Shown: piece after piece, positions 25,601 to 39,430 of the stretch
Numbering within the stretch: the stretch's first letter is position 1
Layout: each line of letters opens with the position of its first letter
Assembly: GCA_964016885.1 (NCBI GenBank)
Contig: OZ024742.1
Location: 87,668,001-87,732,000 of the forward strand
Direction of reading: 5' to 3'
From: Eledone cirrhosa
Lineage: Eukaryota
DNA length: 64,000 nucleotides
The notes under the pieces: model-generated
Databases searched by the model: none
Seen by the model: only the letters and a program-made list of their open reading frames with translations
What the model was told of the DNA's origin: nothing
Made by a program: the position numbers and the translations under genes

Positions 25601-28439
25601 TACATATATTCACATATGTACATACATATGTATGTATATGCATTTCTTTTGAAATTTCCTCATGTGAAATCATGTGTTCCAACATCTTGTTATATCTGGA
25701 GCTAGTCACTTTGCCAATATTCCCAATAAAAACGCATGCACTATTTCATTTTCCCTTCAGCTAGACTGATAGATAGTTCATCAAAGTTCTTTGGACACAA
25801 ATTCTGTGAAATCCTTATCGTCTATTTGATTTCGTCTGTGCTTTTTCTTCTTTCTGTTCATATTTAATTTACCCCACCATCTCTTTTCGTGGGATGTTTA
25901 CCTGTTTTCGTATGCGTTTGTGTTTGTGGCTGTATGTTTGTCTTTCTTTTGCGTCCTTTGTTCTTTGTGTGTGGGAGGGCTTTAATTCGTTTTTCTCTAT
26001 TCCTTTCTATGTTTTTTTTCTCTTTGTTTTGTGTCCCAAATTCATATCATACGCGAGATTTGTTTTATAGATGATACTATTCAATATTTTCTTCAGTTGA
26101 GGCTTGATCTACTCACAGTCAAATGTGTGTTGTCCAGAATTGTTTCTGAGTGTTGTGGCAGTTATACGCCAGGAGAGGTATATGTTCTTCTATGTTGAAT
26201 ATTGAGACACCATTTTCTAATTTGGTATGGGGCTATAACACTAAAGATTTTGAGTTCCGCAAATGCGATTTCATCCTCCAACATATGCTTCGGATTCCCT
26301 CGCTTATATACCTCATTGTCATGCTTCTGAACCGTCCCTCTATATACCTTATGATATAGATTGCATACCTAGTTTTGTAGTTTAACTGCGAGTATAAGTG
26401 ACATACTATACAGAGACTATCAGCACGAGGTGTTTTCTTAAAATGGCGTGTGTTAATGATCGTTGGTTTTAAGGTAGTTCCTGGATATTTGAATAGTTTA
26501 ATTTTGGGATTCAATTTATCTCAGGGGCCCAGAAACCGATACTCTAGTTCACCCTTATATACAGCATCGATGGACATGGCACTCTTATGTTTTTTCCTGA
26601 CACAGCGAGGGTTGTTGTACCCTATTTCCCCTTAGTACTTTCTATAAAATACCATGATTTATTCCAGTAGAGTGACCAGATCCCCGTTGTGTGATACACC
26701 ATGATGGATGTGGCTACACTCTTGCTCACTCTATTTGATTGTATTCAGAGGACTGCATATGTTCCACGAAACAATGTATTATCTCTCTACATCTGTTGGA
26801 GCACACACATAAGATCGGCTTCTAAATAATTTGACTGTTGCATAAACTACATCCTCGTTTTGTTTCTCATCTTCCTAGACTATAGTTTAACCTGCAATCC
26901 ATGTCTCATTTATGTTGCCCCCCCCCCTCTCTCTTTGTATCTGTGGCATTTGAATATTTGAATGATTTGGGCTTACTTTATTCGTATCGACATATATGTT
27001 TTTGCATGTCAGATTCAAACTTACAATGGTTGGTACTATATATATATATATATATTATTTGTTTGTTACAATAATCAAATTAAATTAATTCAACGGTCGA
27101 ACACACATAGGAATAATAAGGTTGTTACCAAAGAGCCAGAAGATTGATAATTCCACCCTAAATATGATTAATAGCGCTAGGAAAGCCATGAGAGACACCA
27201 CGTATTTTTACTTCGATTTTTAAAGTACATTTATAATTATTAATTTTCATTATACTATTGTAGCTGTATCGGCGGCCTAGTTGGGGTAATCATAGACGAT
27301 GGTGATCCAGGTCTGAAGTTCGATCTTAGTCGGGAATAGGGCACCCGGTAAACCTTTTCGGTCTTGTTGTATTGGATGTAAATTAAAACTAAATAGAAAT
27401 TGCATGTACTTCTTGGCCAGGATTGAACCCAAGAGCAGGATCTCCACCGTCACAGGTATCTACCGCTAGTCCACTGAGGCAGCTACGAAAATCTTATGAA
27501 ATGTTATACCTACTTTCAAAATGTTCAATGCAAAATTATGTGATGTTGTACATGTCTTTTGTTGGTATAGTATGAACGAAAAAATGCGATCTTTATCATT
27601 CTTAGTAGACACAGAACTTTGGCCGGAAAATAAGAATGATAAAGCCCAAATCTTTCATTGACATTATACGAAAGGCATGGCCTCGAAATAATGGATTCCT
27701 CTGGAGATAAGCATTCGCAGATAATAATATGGTCAGTATGTTGATAGCGGGCTTAGGGTTATAAAATACGTATCCCACGTGTGTGCCCCAACCGCATATG
27801 CGCATATTGCGATCATTTTTCAAGCATGTTCATAGAAAAGACATTCATACAAATTCGATGGAATCGGGGGAAACTTTGCGGAGGAAGCTTCTATTCCGAA
27901 CACAATTTCAAACTTCACTTGCTATCTCCAAAGCAATAACGCTTCATTTGTGACTTTACTTCCTATGCATATATAGCTTCTAATTTGAATGGGAAGGGAT
28001 GGGCGATGTACTGGTGTAATTGTAGCACATTAGTACAGATAACGTCAATCCTCATCCGTTTCAATTTTGAGGGTTTTACTCAAAATACGGGGAACGATTC
28101 TATTTCTAATTCAATTTCATACAACATTGTCGTATGGCAGCAAATGATATTAATGTTACATATTCATCGACGGTACCACATCGGTACCATGCGATGTAGC
28201 ACATCGATATTGGCACAACTTACATAAATTGCACCGAAGAATGATAGTGGTTTAAGAGACACAGAAAGTTAGTAAGACAAAAAAGTCAACAAAGAATAGG
28301 AGTTACAGAGGAAAGTTAATAGTCATTGAGAAGGGCACCTATCACACATGCCAAAATATTCCTCATAGCCAAACCACCAAATAAAACAACATAAATTGAC
28401 CACCATATGGACGTGAAACGTTAGAGTTGTGTATGCTAG

Positions 28440-28702
28440 TAGACTAGCCGATGTTCCGTTGTGTCACGTTGACAATTTTCTTTTGAAATTATATATAATT
28501 ATTATTACAATTATTATATATCACGGGTGTCTGTGAATGTATACAGCGGTCACAGACACACACACATATACACACATACATTTAGAAACCCTTTCTATTC
28601 AGGAGGATACAGTACTGCTGTATTCGTTTATTTGAAGTAACCGGTTGTAATTGCATTTAACAACACAACAAAGCACTCTCTCTCTCTCTATCATTCTCTC
28701 TT

Positions 28703-28736
<34 letters not shown>

Positions 28737-29019
28737 CCTTTCCCTGTATGTGTTTCTCTCACTCTACACTCTCACAACCACTATCTATTTCTCTCTATCC
28801 TTCTCTCTCGCTCTCAGTTTATGAAGCTACCAGAAAACCCCATATATCGGGAAGACGTGCTTCGACTCACGCGAAACTTGTTTCATTCCATTTGTAGTCC
28901 CATTTCGGGGGCAACTTCCTTTCAATATATTTTCCCTTTATGCGCCATGTTGAGACAATAGACAAGCACACAAGCAAGCAACCAATCACAGAGTTTTAGT
29001 ATTATATAGGTATATATAG
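28440..29019 (+). mobile_element. Possible Helentron-associated (HINE/DINE-like) non-autonomous element
   Basis: actag..cc..ttg start, internal (TC)n, acaa-type repeats, and a ttttagtattatatag end. Confidence 0.3.
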
Positions 29020-29227
29020 TCATTATGTCATTACAACAGCAGCTGCCCGACGAGCTCTTGATTCCAGAGTCGGGCCAGTTCGATACACATTGAAACTTTG
29101 GTCAAACGCGTTTCACGAAACGATAAACGTAATGAATGCGTAATAAATCATTCTTGTTATATTATAATTATACTGGGTAATTGCTGGCCTTGTGCCAAAA
29201 GTATAGACAATTATTATTATTATTATT

Positions 29228-30835
29228 TGTCTAATCGGATGTATTTTCCTCGCCCCCAGTAAGTCACTTTATTTGCCTGTAAAAATTGTTTGTTGGTAAA
29301 TATTTCTCGTTGTGTAAGGGATATAAGCCTTAGACGTTGCCCTGTGAAGGGGAGAGTATAATATTTGGGCCTTTTGGCCCCAATATTTGAACATTTTTTA
29401 CATTTTAAAAAATGTACGGAGAAAAAAAAAACATGGCTGAGCCACAAACCCAGCGATATGTCTTATGTCGTGCCACAACGACGTAGAAGTTGAGAGGAGC
29501 GCTACAGCAAAATTAACAGAAATTGATAACACAAACACCACTACAAACAATGTAAACAAAGACACCAATACCAATGAGAGCTCTAATTTTGAAAAAAATC
29601 ACAGTAACAGTGACAACGAAAATACATATAACAAAAAGAAAAATGACAAATGCAACAACAATATCAACACCACTAACATGAAAAGAAATAGCGACAACAC
29701 CAACAGCAACAATACCAACTGCACCGAGAACAACGGTGGCAACAAAGACAACAATGATAACAGCGACAGTGATAACAACAACACCAACAAGAAAAAGGAC
29801 AACGACAACAACACCCCAACGAAAACAAGAAGAAAATGTTCGCTGCGGCAGCAGCAAAAAAGAGGCTATGCTTCAACATGGACCTCTCGAACAAAGATGA
29901 AAAGTTGGCCCAGGCATGGAAGCTCATCACGCAAGAGCAAACCTGGACCAACTTAACTGTCACGGTAGAAGCTATTGAGGCAGTGGAGCGCAGAACGGTG
30001 CATTATATATGCATTTCAGCACAAACCAAAAGGGCAGCGTTAATCCCACAAGCGGATGTCGATGTCACGCTGAGGTGCATCAGAGAAGACACCAATACAT
30101 AGAGAGGGGCAGACAGTACGGCACCATTTCTGTGTTGTTCAAGTCAGAAGCCCTCGTTATGAAACACGCTATGACTCTTTGCAAAACCAGCAAGGTCATA
30201 ATTTACACCTCTCACATGGGAAAAAGTACCGCCCCTCTCCGCATTCCCATAATCCCACCAGGACTTGACATGTGGTGGCTTTTTGGATGTGTGATTGTGG
30301 AGTGGACGGATACCGTCCCTATAAAAGTGACCAGAAGGCAAGAGAGAGCAGGTCCCGGGTTGACCTGGAGATCCTTCTCCAGATCAGGCGCGAGAATGTG
30401 AAGACAATACCGGACAACATATGCCTTCAGAATGGAACGGTCATTCACATTATGACCGAAGGCGAAAGGCCGCAGTATTTTGTTTGTGGGGAAAAAACAT
30501 ATTTGCGAGCCTTCTACCCTCAACTGCTGAAAGTGGCAAGGGGTCGAAAGGCTCCACTGCTGCCGACGCCGGGGCGAAGACCACAACCAACACCAGCACC
30601 GGCAAAATGACCAACAACACCAATAGAAAGACCACCACCAGCATTGACCACCCAGGGGGGGAAAGGAGGAAAGCTGCCAAATTCTCCCTCCCCCCAAAAT
30701 ACACACACCAATAAAACCATAAAGATACATACGGACACATTTACAGACACAGACCCCTCATCTACCAGTAGTGAAGATGAGGGAAAACCCAAATCCCCCA
30801 AAATACAAAAATGGGAAACACAAAAAGAAAAAAAA
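29228..30835 (+). mobile_element. 5' part (UTR + ORF1) of a Tx1-like LINE, same family as 58155-62695
   Basis: 30187-30830 is highly similar to the reverse complement of 62040-62683. Begins in the (ATT)n tail of a SINE 3' fragment (29170-29227). Confidence 0.8.
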
Positions 30836-30939
30836 GCAATTGCAATAAAATGGTTTAATGCAATTTAGAGGTGAATTGCCTCTACATAATATTAATGTAA
30901 TATTGATGTATTCTCAACTAATGTGGACTATATAGTTTC

Positions 30940-31090
30940 GGCAGATTTTCACGCCGAGGTTAGTTTTGGCTTTCATCGCTACAGGTCGATAGATTAAGTT
31001 ACCAGTAATTAATTTCGGTCGATTTAATCGAATTCCCTCTCTCCCAACATTGTTTACCTGGTTCCTAAATTGCAAACCATTATTATTATT
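30940..31090 (+). mobile_element. Diverged SINE variant
   Basis: gccgaggtta..tttcatc..ggtcgata..taccagt core and (ATT)n tail. Confidence 0.6.
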
Positions 31091-31292
31091 TGTATCGTTT
31101 ATTTTTAACAGTATTATTATCCGTAAATGGGAGTTATATACATATCGTATTAGTATATTATGTAATTGCCCTTTATTCGATAATCTAATGATACCTAACG
31201 GCAATTTTCTATTGTTTTTTTTTCTATTGTTTGTGGCAAGTTAATATTTGATATAAACTCCCTGTAATCGTGTTCTTTACCCATAATTCTGA

Positions 31293-31350
<58 letters not shown>

Positions 31351-31353
<3 letters not shown>

Positions 31354-31730
31354 TAGCACAGGTACCGGGCGTTGCTGGGGTATTAAATAGCAGTTGTGTA
31401 TACCATGTATGTCAATACTTCAGTGCTACTTCGAAAACTATACTTTTACAAAATCATCGGCTTTTTCCAAAAGAGGGTGTCTGCTAGGGTTCCCCTACTC
31501 AATATGTGCCAATTGTGAGAGTTCACATTCATCTGTAGGATAAACGTAACCCATGTGTCAAGTTTTGTGAAAATCGGTTGCGAACTCCAGAAGTTATGAC
31601 GGTTGGTTGCATTGCACTGCAGTTCTTAAGGAAGTGGTTAAAGGGGGTTATCTGCCCTGAATCCTTATAATCAATATCTGTAAAAATGAAAGTGCCCATG
31701 ACCATCCGGAGTACATAAGTAACCTATGTC
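31351..31730 (+). mobile_element. Helentron-associated (HINE-like) element 5' part
   Basis: tactagca..accgggcgttgctggg start and internal aagttttgtgaaaatcggt motif typical of these elements. Confidence 0.45.
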
Positions 31731-32416
31731 TTAAATATGGTGAAAATATTGTATAAATGCATAAGGTTTATACATACGAGTGCGTGCGTGCGTCGTGCGT
31801 GTGTGTGTGTCTGTGTGTGTCTGTGGGTGTGTATGTATTTCTGTGTGCGTATGTATGTGTATGTCCGTCGGGGCATACGTACGTACTGGCCTAAATATTC
31901 ACTATTTACTTTTACTATTTTAATAAACTCTGTCATTTTCGTTTCCAATTTTATTTACATCATTCTTAAACTCCGGGGCTGGGAACCATTCTGTTTTTTT
32001 AAGTAGAATATTAGTCTAACGACTCCATTTATACCGTAAACTTGGTCTTGTCTGTGCATGAAATTGTTCTTTACGCTCCACATAACGACGTATTATCCTT
32101 GCTTTTTCCAGTTCATTGCCAGGGAACGTCTTCACGAAGCAACATATCGTCTTCCTGTTTTCGTTCGGTTGCAACGTTTCTCCAAATATTTACTTTTGCG
32201 TTTACAGATTACTGTCAGTTCAATTTGAATGGGAAATTCCTGTTTCATCGATTTTCTCCGTAACCATGGAAGCTTGTAGCTTGAAAGTCGACCCAACGCC
32301 TCCTCGGGTCATTCTGCATAACTGTGTAAATGTTCGCTGCATTCCACCAAGCCGTTTATCCGACTACAGCTACTTATTTAAATATACGACGTCCGACCAC
32401 TTCCAATTTATATAGT

Positions 32417-32472
<56 letters not shown>

Positions 32473-33650
32473 AAGATGAATTCAGTTTATTTGAGCCATA
32501 CATTATTTTATCGATTACCTTATACATATATATATATATTCTAATATATTCTAGTCTGGCAAATCATGTATACTACCTATTTATATAAATTTCATCTTGA
32601 ACTACAAATCAATATAATGTTTCGTAGATTATTATTTATATATACAATGCGCTAAGTAAATGTACCCTCTTGTGAAGATGGATTGTTCATCTCATTTCTT
32701 CTGGTAGTGAGTTTTCTTAAGTAATGTGTGTTATCCATGCTGCTTTAAAAATAGAAAATGCATTAAAATCAGATATTCGCTTATTTCACACATATTATTT
32801 AGAAATAAAGATAATAGGAAATGCACCTCCATTCATGTTTTTTTTTGTTTTTTTTTTGTACAAATTTCAAAGTATATATTTCAGAGTATATAGGTTGGCT
32901 GTTTGACATTTCTATCGATCAGTTATTCATTCAAATGCTTCTCGCTAAATTAATTGAGACAAGGAGTTAAATTGAATATTAATATAATATAATATACTAT
33001 TATTATTATTCAATCGAAAACTTACAAAACTTTTAAATATATTGGCGCTTGAGAAAAATTTAATGTAAATGTAAAACATGTGATGAAGATCAAATTATTT
33101 GACTTATCAACAATGTAAATATGATAAAGAATGTTGTGCTAATTTCTGTATATGAAGTGATTTGTCATTAGTTAAGTTTGGCAGTTTATCAAAAGACTAA
33201 ACACAAGAATTTGTGTGGACAAAACTATAACATTATAATGAATTCTACAGTTATATTTTCTGACTTAAGATAATTTATCTTTTTTCTTTAGCAAAAATCA
33301 ATGACTCAAGTACAAGAGTATAATGAAAATGAAACTTTTTATTGTAGAAATTATTGTGCAGCTATTCTTAGAAACATTAAATTTAAAATTATATAAACAT
33401 GCAAAACAATAATATAATCATTTAGATAACAGTATCAGTAAATTTGTGTCGTGGAAAATTAATATTAACTAGCTTATTTTAAGTAAAGAAATAGTATAAC
33501 TTTCAGAAATGTGCTTTCTCTTCAAATTGAATTAAGTGTATATGGAAATTTATATGCTATAAATCAATCTATCTCTGCATCTCATTCTATCTCTCATTCT
33601 CTTTCTCAGCATCTCTGTAACTCAAACATTCTCGCTCTATTTCTCTGTGT

Positions 33651-33743
<93 letters not shown>

Positions 33744-34068
33744 GAAGAAACAAAGTAGGCTTTCTTTAGAAACGGCTAGTAAATTTGACAATTCGGTAGT
33801 AACATGTGCTTACTCCTTATTTGACAAAATAGAATTTGTCTATTATTTGTGATTACAAAAAAGCCCTCTGAATGGAAACAAATCATGAGTATTGAAGTAC
33901 ATAGGACACGAACCCACATCTTTGGTTTGCCGGACCAATGTGTTAATGGTAACCAAATATGTGGGTTCGTGTCCCAAGTACGTCAATACTCATCCTTTTT
34001 TTTCCATTCAGAGGGCTTTTTTAAAATCACAACTAACACACTAATTGTATTTAATCGAATATAACCTA

Positions 34069-34111
<43 letters not shown>

Positions 34112-34119
34112 TTGAAATA

Positions 34120-34226
34120 AAATGAAAACGAAATTTCATTTCTCACTCTTAGTATGGCACTTACTTAAATGTAAGTATGTATGTATACGTACATACATAT
34201 ATGTATACAGACGTAAAGCAGCATGC

Positions 34227-34313
<87 letters not shown>

Positions 34314-34595
34314 CAGGTACACATACATATATGCACGCATCAGTCTAACGGACGCTTATTATAACGCCGCTTTGTTCGTTTGTAAACAAACTGAACAGCC
34401 TGAATTTATGCCATACGGTGTTAAGGCAACCACGTCACCTTTTTGTTCAACACTGACACAGGAACTAGTGTCAAGCTTGTTAGCTATCATCAGCACCGTA
34501 TACCCATCTGCCAGATAGTTGAACGTTCGAAAGTATATACATTCCTTATGAAAATTAACGGCTGAGCAGCCAAACTTGCATATTGAGTGAGTTCT
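34120..34595 (+). repeat. Dispersed repeat homologous to the tandem units at 62694-63720
   Basis: Shared tctcactcttagta..., ggcaaccacgtcacctttttgttcaacactgacacagga and ggctgagcagcc blocks. Confidence 0.8.
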
Positions 34596-34598
34596 GTT

Positions 34599-34644
<46 letters not shown>

Positions 34645-34956
34645 AACAGAAGGCTAAACAGGAATATTATCTTAAAGTACCAGTAATGCACTAGCTAAAT
34701 TGCTGGCCTTGTGCCAAAAGTAGAAACAATTATCTTAAAGTATTGTAACGTTGCAAAAATATTAGATATATTTCATTTGATTAGTGATTCACCGATCGTG
34801 ACGTAAGCGTCTGGTGACATCAGCACGTGTAGATTGCAAAATTAGTCAAGTGATGACAGCATACGCGAACATGGAGTAGAGAATAGAGACTGATTCGTAG
34901 ATTGAACCCACCAACTCGATGTTATAGTTTTGGCAACTTTGGCAAAATGAATATTC

Positions 34957-35042
<86 letters not shown>

Positions 35043-35045
<3 letters not shown>

Positions 35046-35234
35046 ACGAAGGAAATGTGGTAAGGAACCAGATGGACCATAACGCACCAACTTACTCAAT
35101 ACTTAGGGTAGTAGAGTGGGTAATAGGAACGAGTAGGACCACTACGGCTGAGCTCAAGCCGTTTCGACGGATAATTCTGGACTCGAATTAGCCGTCGAAA
35201 CGGCTTGAGCTCAGCCGTCGGGGTCCTACTCGTT

Positions 35235-35238
<4 letters not shown>
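35043..35238 (-). mobile_element. Family A element with ~55-bp fold-back
   Basis: Arms ~35124-35178 / 35185-35238 plus an ~80-bp one-sided tail; inside (TA)n. Confidence 0.9.
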
Positions 35239-35300
<62 letters not shown>

Positions 35301-35306
<6 letters not shown>

Positions 35307-35492
35307 TAAACGGAATAGAACATGCTGGCAAATTGTTCACAGTTGAAAAATGGTTTAATTAGGAATAAAAGAGTATTAGTGATTGTATGGGTTAGTATTC
35401 AGTTGTGGTTTTAAGTTTTTATTTTTTTACCAGTTGCGCATTTCTAAATGCTTTTCAAAAATAATTTTGAGATAGAGTGCCCGTGCTGTTTG
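35301..35492 (-). mobile_element. Family D PLE terminal repeat
   Basis: Reverse complement of 52982-53170; (TA)n on both sides. Confidence 0.8.
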
Positions 35493-35787
35493 CTCTGATC
35501 TGTATATATATATATATATATATAAATAACATGAATATAGCAACTTCACAGTTAATGGACTAACATTTATTACATAATTGGCACGTGTTTTGGCAATTAA
35601 CACATGAGAACATTCTAGAAATGCAAGTCCGATGGGATTTATCGGAAAATTCAATTTACCAATATTCTGTAATAGCACCGTGGTAAATCGGCCCTCTAGT
35701 ATTTACAATGTGTACATGTATGCAAAGTGTTTATAACACACACACACACACACACATACACACACACATACACACACACACACACAC

Positions 35788-35825
<38 letters not shown>

Positions 35826-35827
<2 letters not shown>

Positions 35828-36000
35828 CGGCGATGAATTAGTTTTGCGAGGTTTTTTATATGAAATCGTGTGTCGAAACAAATATTGTTATACTTGGGGA
35901 GGGTCATATTTGTGTAATATTGCCAGAATTAATAACAGTGAGTGTGTTCTTTTATTAATTCTGGCAATATTACACAAATATGACCCTCCCCAAGTATAAC
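35826..36000. mobile_element. Fold-back element (family E): perfect ~48-bp arms + tail
   Basis: 35887-35934 / 35953-36000 inverted; related end at ~39183-39200. Confidence 0.75.
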
Positions 36001-36130
<130 letters not shown>

Positions 36131-37077
36131 CACAAAGGTTGATAGGGTGTGTCACAGTATAATAATTAGGTTATATATAATAACCATATTAAAATGTACT
36201 GACAGATAGAAAAATATACGCAGAGAGGAGTGGTAGAGCAACCAGCAACTATAACCATTATATTCTGTTCAAGAGGTGTGTGGCAAGCATTTCTGGCATT
36301 AGTATTGTTGTAATGTAAGGTTATTGATTCGTTGAATGGATTAAGGTTAGCGTCTTTTCATAACTGTCGGGATGTTTTATGTTGAGCAAAGTATTTCTTA
36401 TTATGTCGACTTGATTAGTACACATCTTGGACATATTTATGTTATCGTAGTTAAGGATAGTATTGTGTAGGGTTTCTGGCGTCAAGTGTAGGAACTCAGA
36501 CAGAATAAATGTTGATGACGTTACGAAAGGTATGTTGTAATGTTCGAATTGTGTCCTAGTCGAAATTACAAAGGAGAAAAGATCTATATTGACCGTGTCT
36601 ACAGTTGAATACGCGTCCCAGTCTCTTGTTAATTAACTTTATCTGAGGAATTATATAATACATTTCGAGTATAAACATCTTACACGTTTTTGTGGGCTCT
36701 TTGTACTGATCAGCGAAATCGACGACTGACACCGAAATGTCGTTTTTAAACCTTTCTTCTCTATTTCCTAACTCCTGCTAGCTAGAGACATTAGGGGTGG
36801 CCCATATATATTTTAATCTTAATCTATGTTCATTTGTTTGGATGATTTCTCATTCCTATAATATGCTGTTATGCATTAACATATATTGTATTGGGCAGAT
36901 TTATGTACGTGGTCAGATGCATTTAATTTCCATTCTATAGGTAGGTTCCTTATTGGTGTTATCAGGTATTTCAATAGGTTTATGATAAATGATACACTTA
37001 TCGAGTCAAAAACCCTTGCATGTTGACATGCTGTATGGATTATAATTTTATTTCCATTTGTTGTATTCTCAAGAACG

Positions 37078-37108
<31 letters not shown>

Positions 37109-37807
37109 ATAGGTAACGGAGAAACAGTGTTGTGACGAATGAAAAGACATATTAGAAACGTTTCTCTGGCGACTAGCTCGAGGGCACGATCGATGCAATG
37201 ATGGAACCTGACTTTGAAATTGCAGGTTCCTCAGATATGTCTCGATTCTACGAAGCAAAGTTTCCAATTGCGATTTCAGTGTCAGGTTCAATCATTGCAT
37301 GAACGTGCCTCGAGCTGGTTGCCAGAGAAACGATTGTAATATGTCTAATACATTTTACTCGTCGCAACACTGATTCTCCGATTATTATGTGATATTTTAC
37401 TCTGTTCTGCAACAGCATCGAGTGCTCAAACAGCCAACCGCTAACGGGCGCTTTAAGCATCCCCCGACAATTATATATATATATATATATATATACACAT
37501 AAACATATATATTTATTTATTTATTTATATATATATAAATGTGTGTGTGTGCGTGTGTGTATGTGCGCGTGCATAAAGCACTCTCACTCTCTCTATATAT
37601 ATCTATGAACTTCCACATTGCCAATATATATTTCGCTATATTTTTTTCTGTACACACTCCCACCCAAACACATATATACATATATATTTATATGAAAAGT
37701 ATATATTGAGTTAGAAACTCAGAATATTCCCTTACAACTAATAGCTCAATCGAATTAGGTATCTCATGATTTGAACACATATATGTATATATGCGTATAT
37801 CTGTCTT

Positions 37808-37847
<40 letters not shown>

Positions 37848-37849
37848 CT

Positions 37850-38700
37850 TCGAGTTTGGTGGGAAGGATGAATGTCTCAGTTTTTGCAGCACTGATTCTC
37901 AATCCTCACATTTAGCACTTGTCATGAAACTTATCAACGGCACGTCGGAGATCATCTTCTGTCGAGTCAAGTATTACAATGCCATCTGGAAATTCAAGCA
38001 GTCTGATTTTACACCCACCAGTTGTGATACCACTTCCTAACCAGCTGTGCATGTCAATGTATTCATGAAAATAAAGAACAGGAGATGTGGCAGTACGCAA
38101 CCGTGTTAGATACTGACTCCCACATTCAATGGTTTCGATTAAGTATCATTGATACGAACACAAGTTCTGGGGCAAGCGTATTGATGCATCAGAGCATCAA
38201 AAACCTGATCTTCGATCCCATACTCCCGCACAAACTTCTACAGCAGGTCCCAAGGAATGTGGTCATATACTTCTTCGAGGTATACAAGGCAAGAATATAC
38301 CTACTGCCAATAATGGCATGACTTCTCGAAAACTTGACGCAGAGTGAATATTTGGTCGTGTGTGATACGGCCAGGGTGAAAACAGCACTTTTTATCAGCT
38401 AGCTTGGACTCGAACATCTCCCTGCAGCAAATTGCTTGACACTTAACAGAGACTACCAGGAAGGTTAACGAAAAAAACCCTCTATTATTGGAAAAGTTCC
38501 ATGTGTCTCTCATTTTGAAAATTGAAGTTATCACTCCTGATTACCAGTGTGTATGTGATTTTCCAGAGAATCAGGCCACCCGGTACACACGAGTAAGCAA
38601 AAAAATACTTTCTCTACTTACGACGTTAACATGCCAAGACCGATTTCCTCTTCCCCAGTGGTTTTGCCACATTTTAACTCTTTAGATGCTCTTGAGACAT
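37850..38700 (-). mobile_element. Decayed RTE-clade LINE RT fragment
   Basis: FHPGRITHDQIFTLRQVFEK, YDHIP, LLEF.D.IVIL..TEDDL. Confidence 0.75.
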
Positions 38701-39209
38701 TGGTAGAACTGTTCTCTTAGTGAGCGGGAACCTGTTAGCGGATAGCGATACGGCCATCAGATATTACAGTTATTTGCTATGGACAAACAATGGTATATTA
38801 CTTGGGAAGATGGAGCAATGGGTGACATATGTTGCTCCCCAAAAGACTTTAGGTAGCCACTGACGTAACTATAATGAAGCGAGAAAATGCCGCCGCTAAA
38901 TTAGGCTAGTTTTCGCGGGTTCTAGAAAGTACCAGAATGGTCACTGGTGCAACTACAGACACCGAAACAGCAACTGTAATAGGGAGAGAGGAACAACAAT
39001 CAACCATAGCGCATCGTCCTTTACGTGAGTTAAAATGGTTGCATTAAGGACTTAGGTAGAGGGGCCTGTTCGAACATATATATTACAGTCTCCATTTCAT
39101 GCAACAAAAATTAGCGCTGGGCTGTGTAACTTTTCTTGGAGGTGTGAGATAGACGCACAAAGATTGCGTATCAAGTGGCAGAATGACCCTCCCAAAGTAT
39201 TAATATATA

Positions 39210-39267
<58 letters not shown>

Positions 39268-39270
<3 letters not shown>

Positions 39271-39382
39271 CAAAGGAATTGTGGTAAGGAAACAGATGGA
39301 CCATAATGCACCAGAGTACTCAATACTTAGGGTAGTAGAGTGGGAATAGAAAAAGTATGACCTCGACGGTGTCATACTTTTT

Positions 39383-39385
<3 letters not shown>
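39268..39385 (-). mobile_element. Family A element, short fold-back
   Basis: Tail plus a short aaaaagtatgac/gtcatacttttt inverted repeat; inside (TA)n. Confidence 0.8.

Positions 39386-39430
<45 letters not shown>

Noticed and set aside
29046-29110. CCGACGA-hairpin...GAAA..GTC hammerhead-like string (also 36706-36742)
   Set aside because: Core mismatches, wrong helix II register and no helix I.
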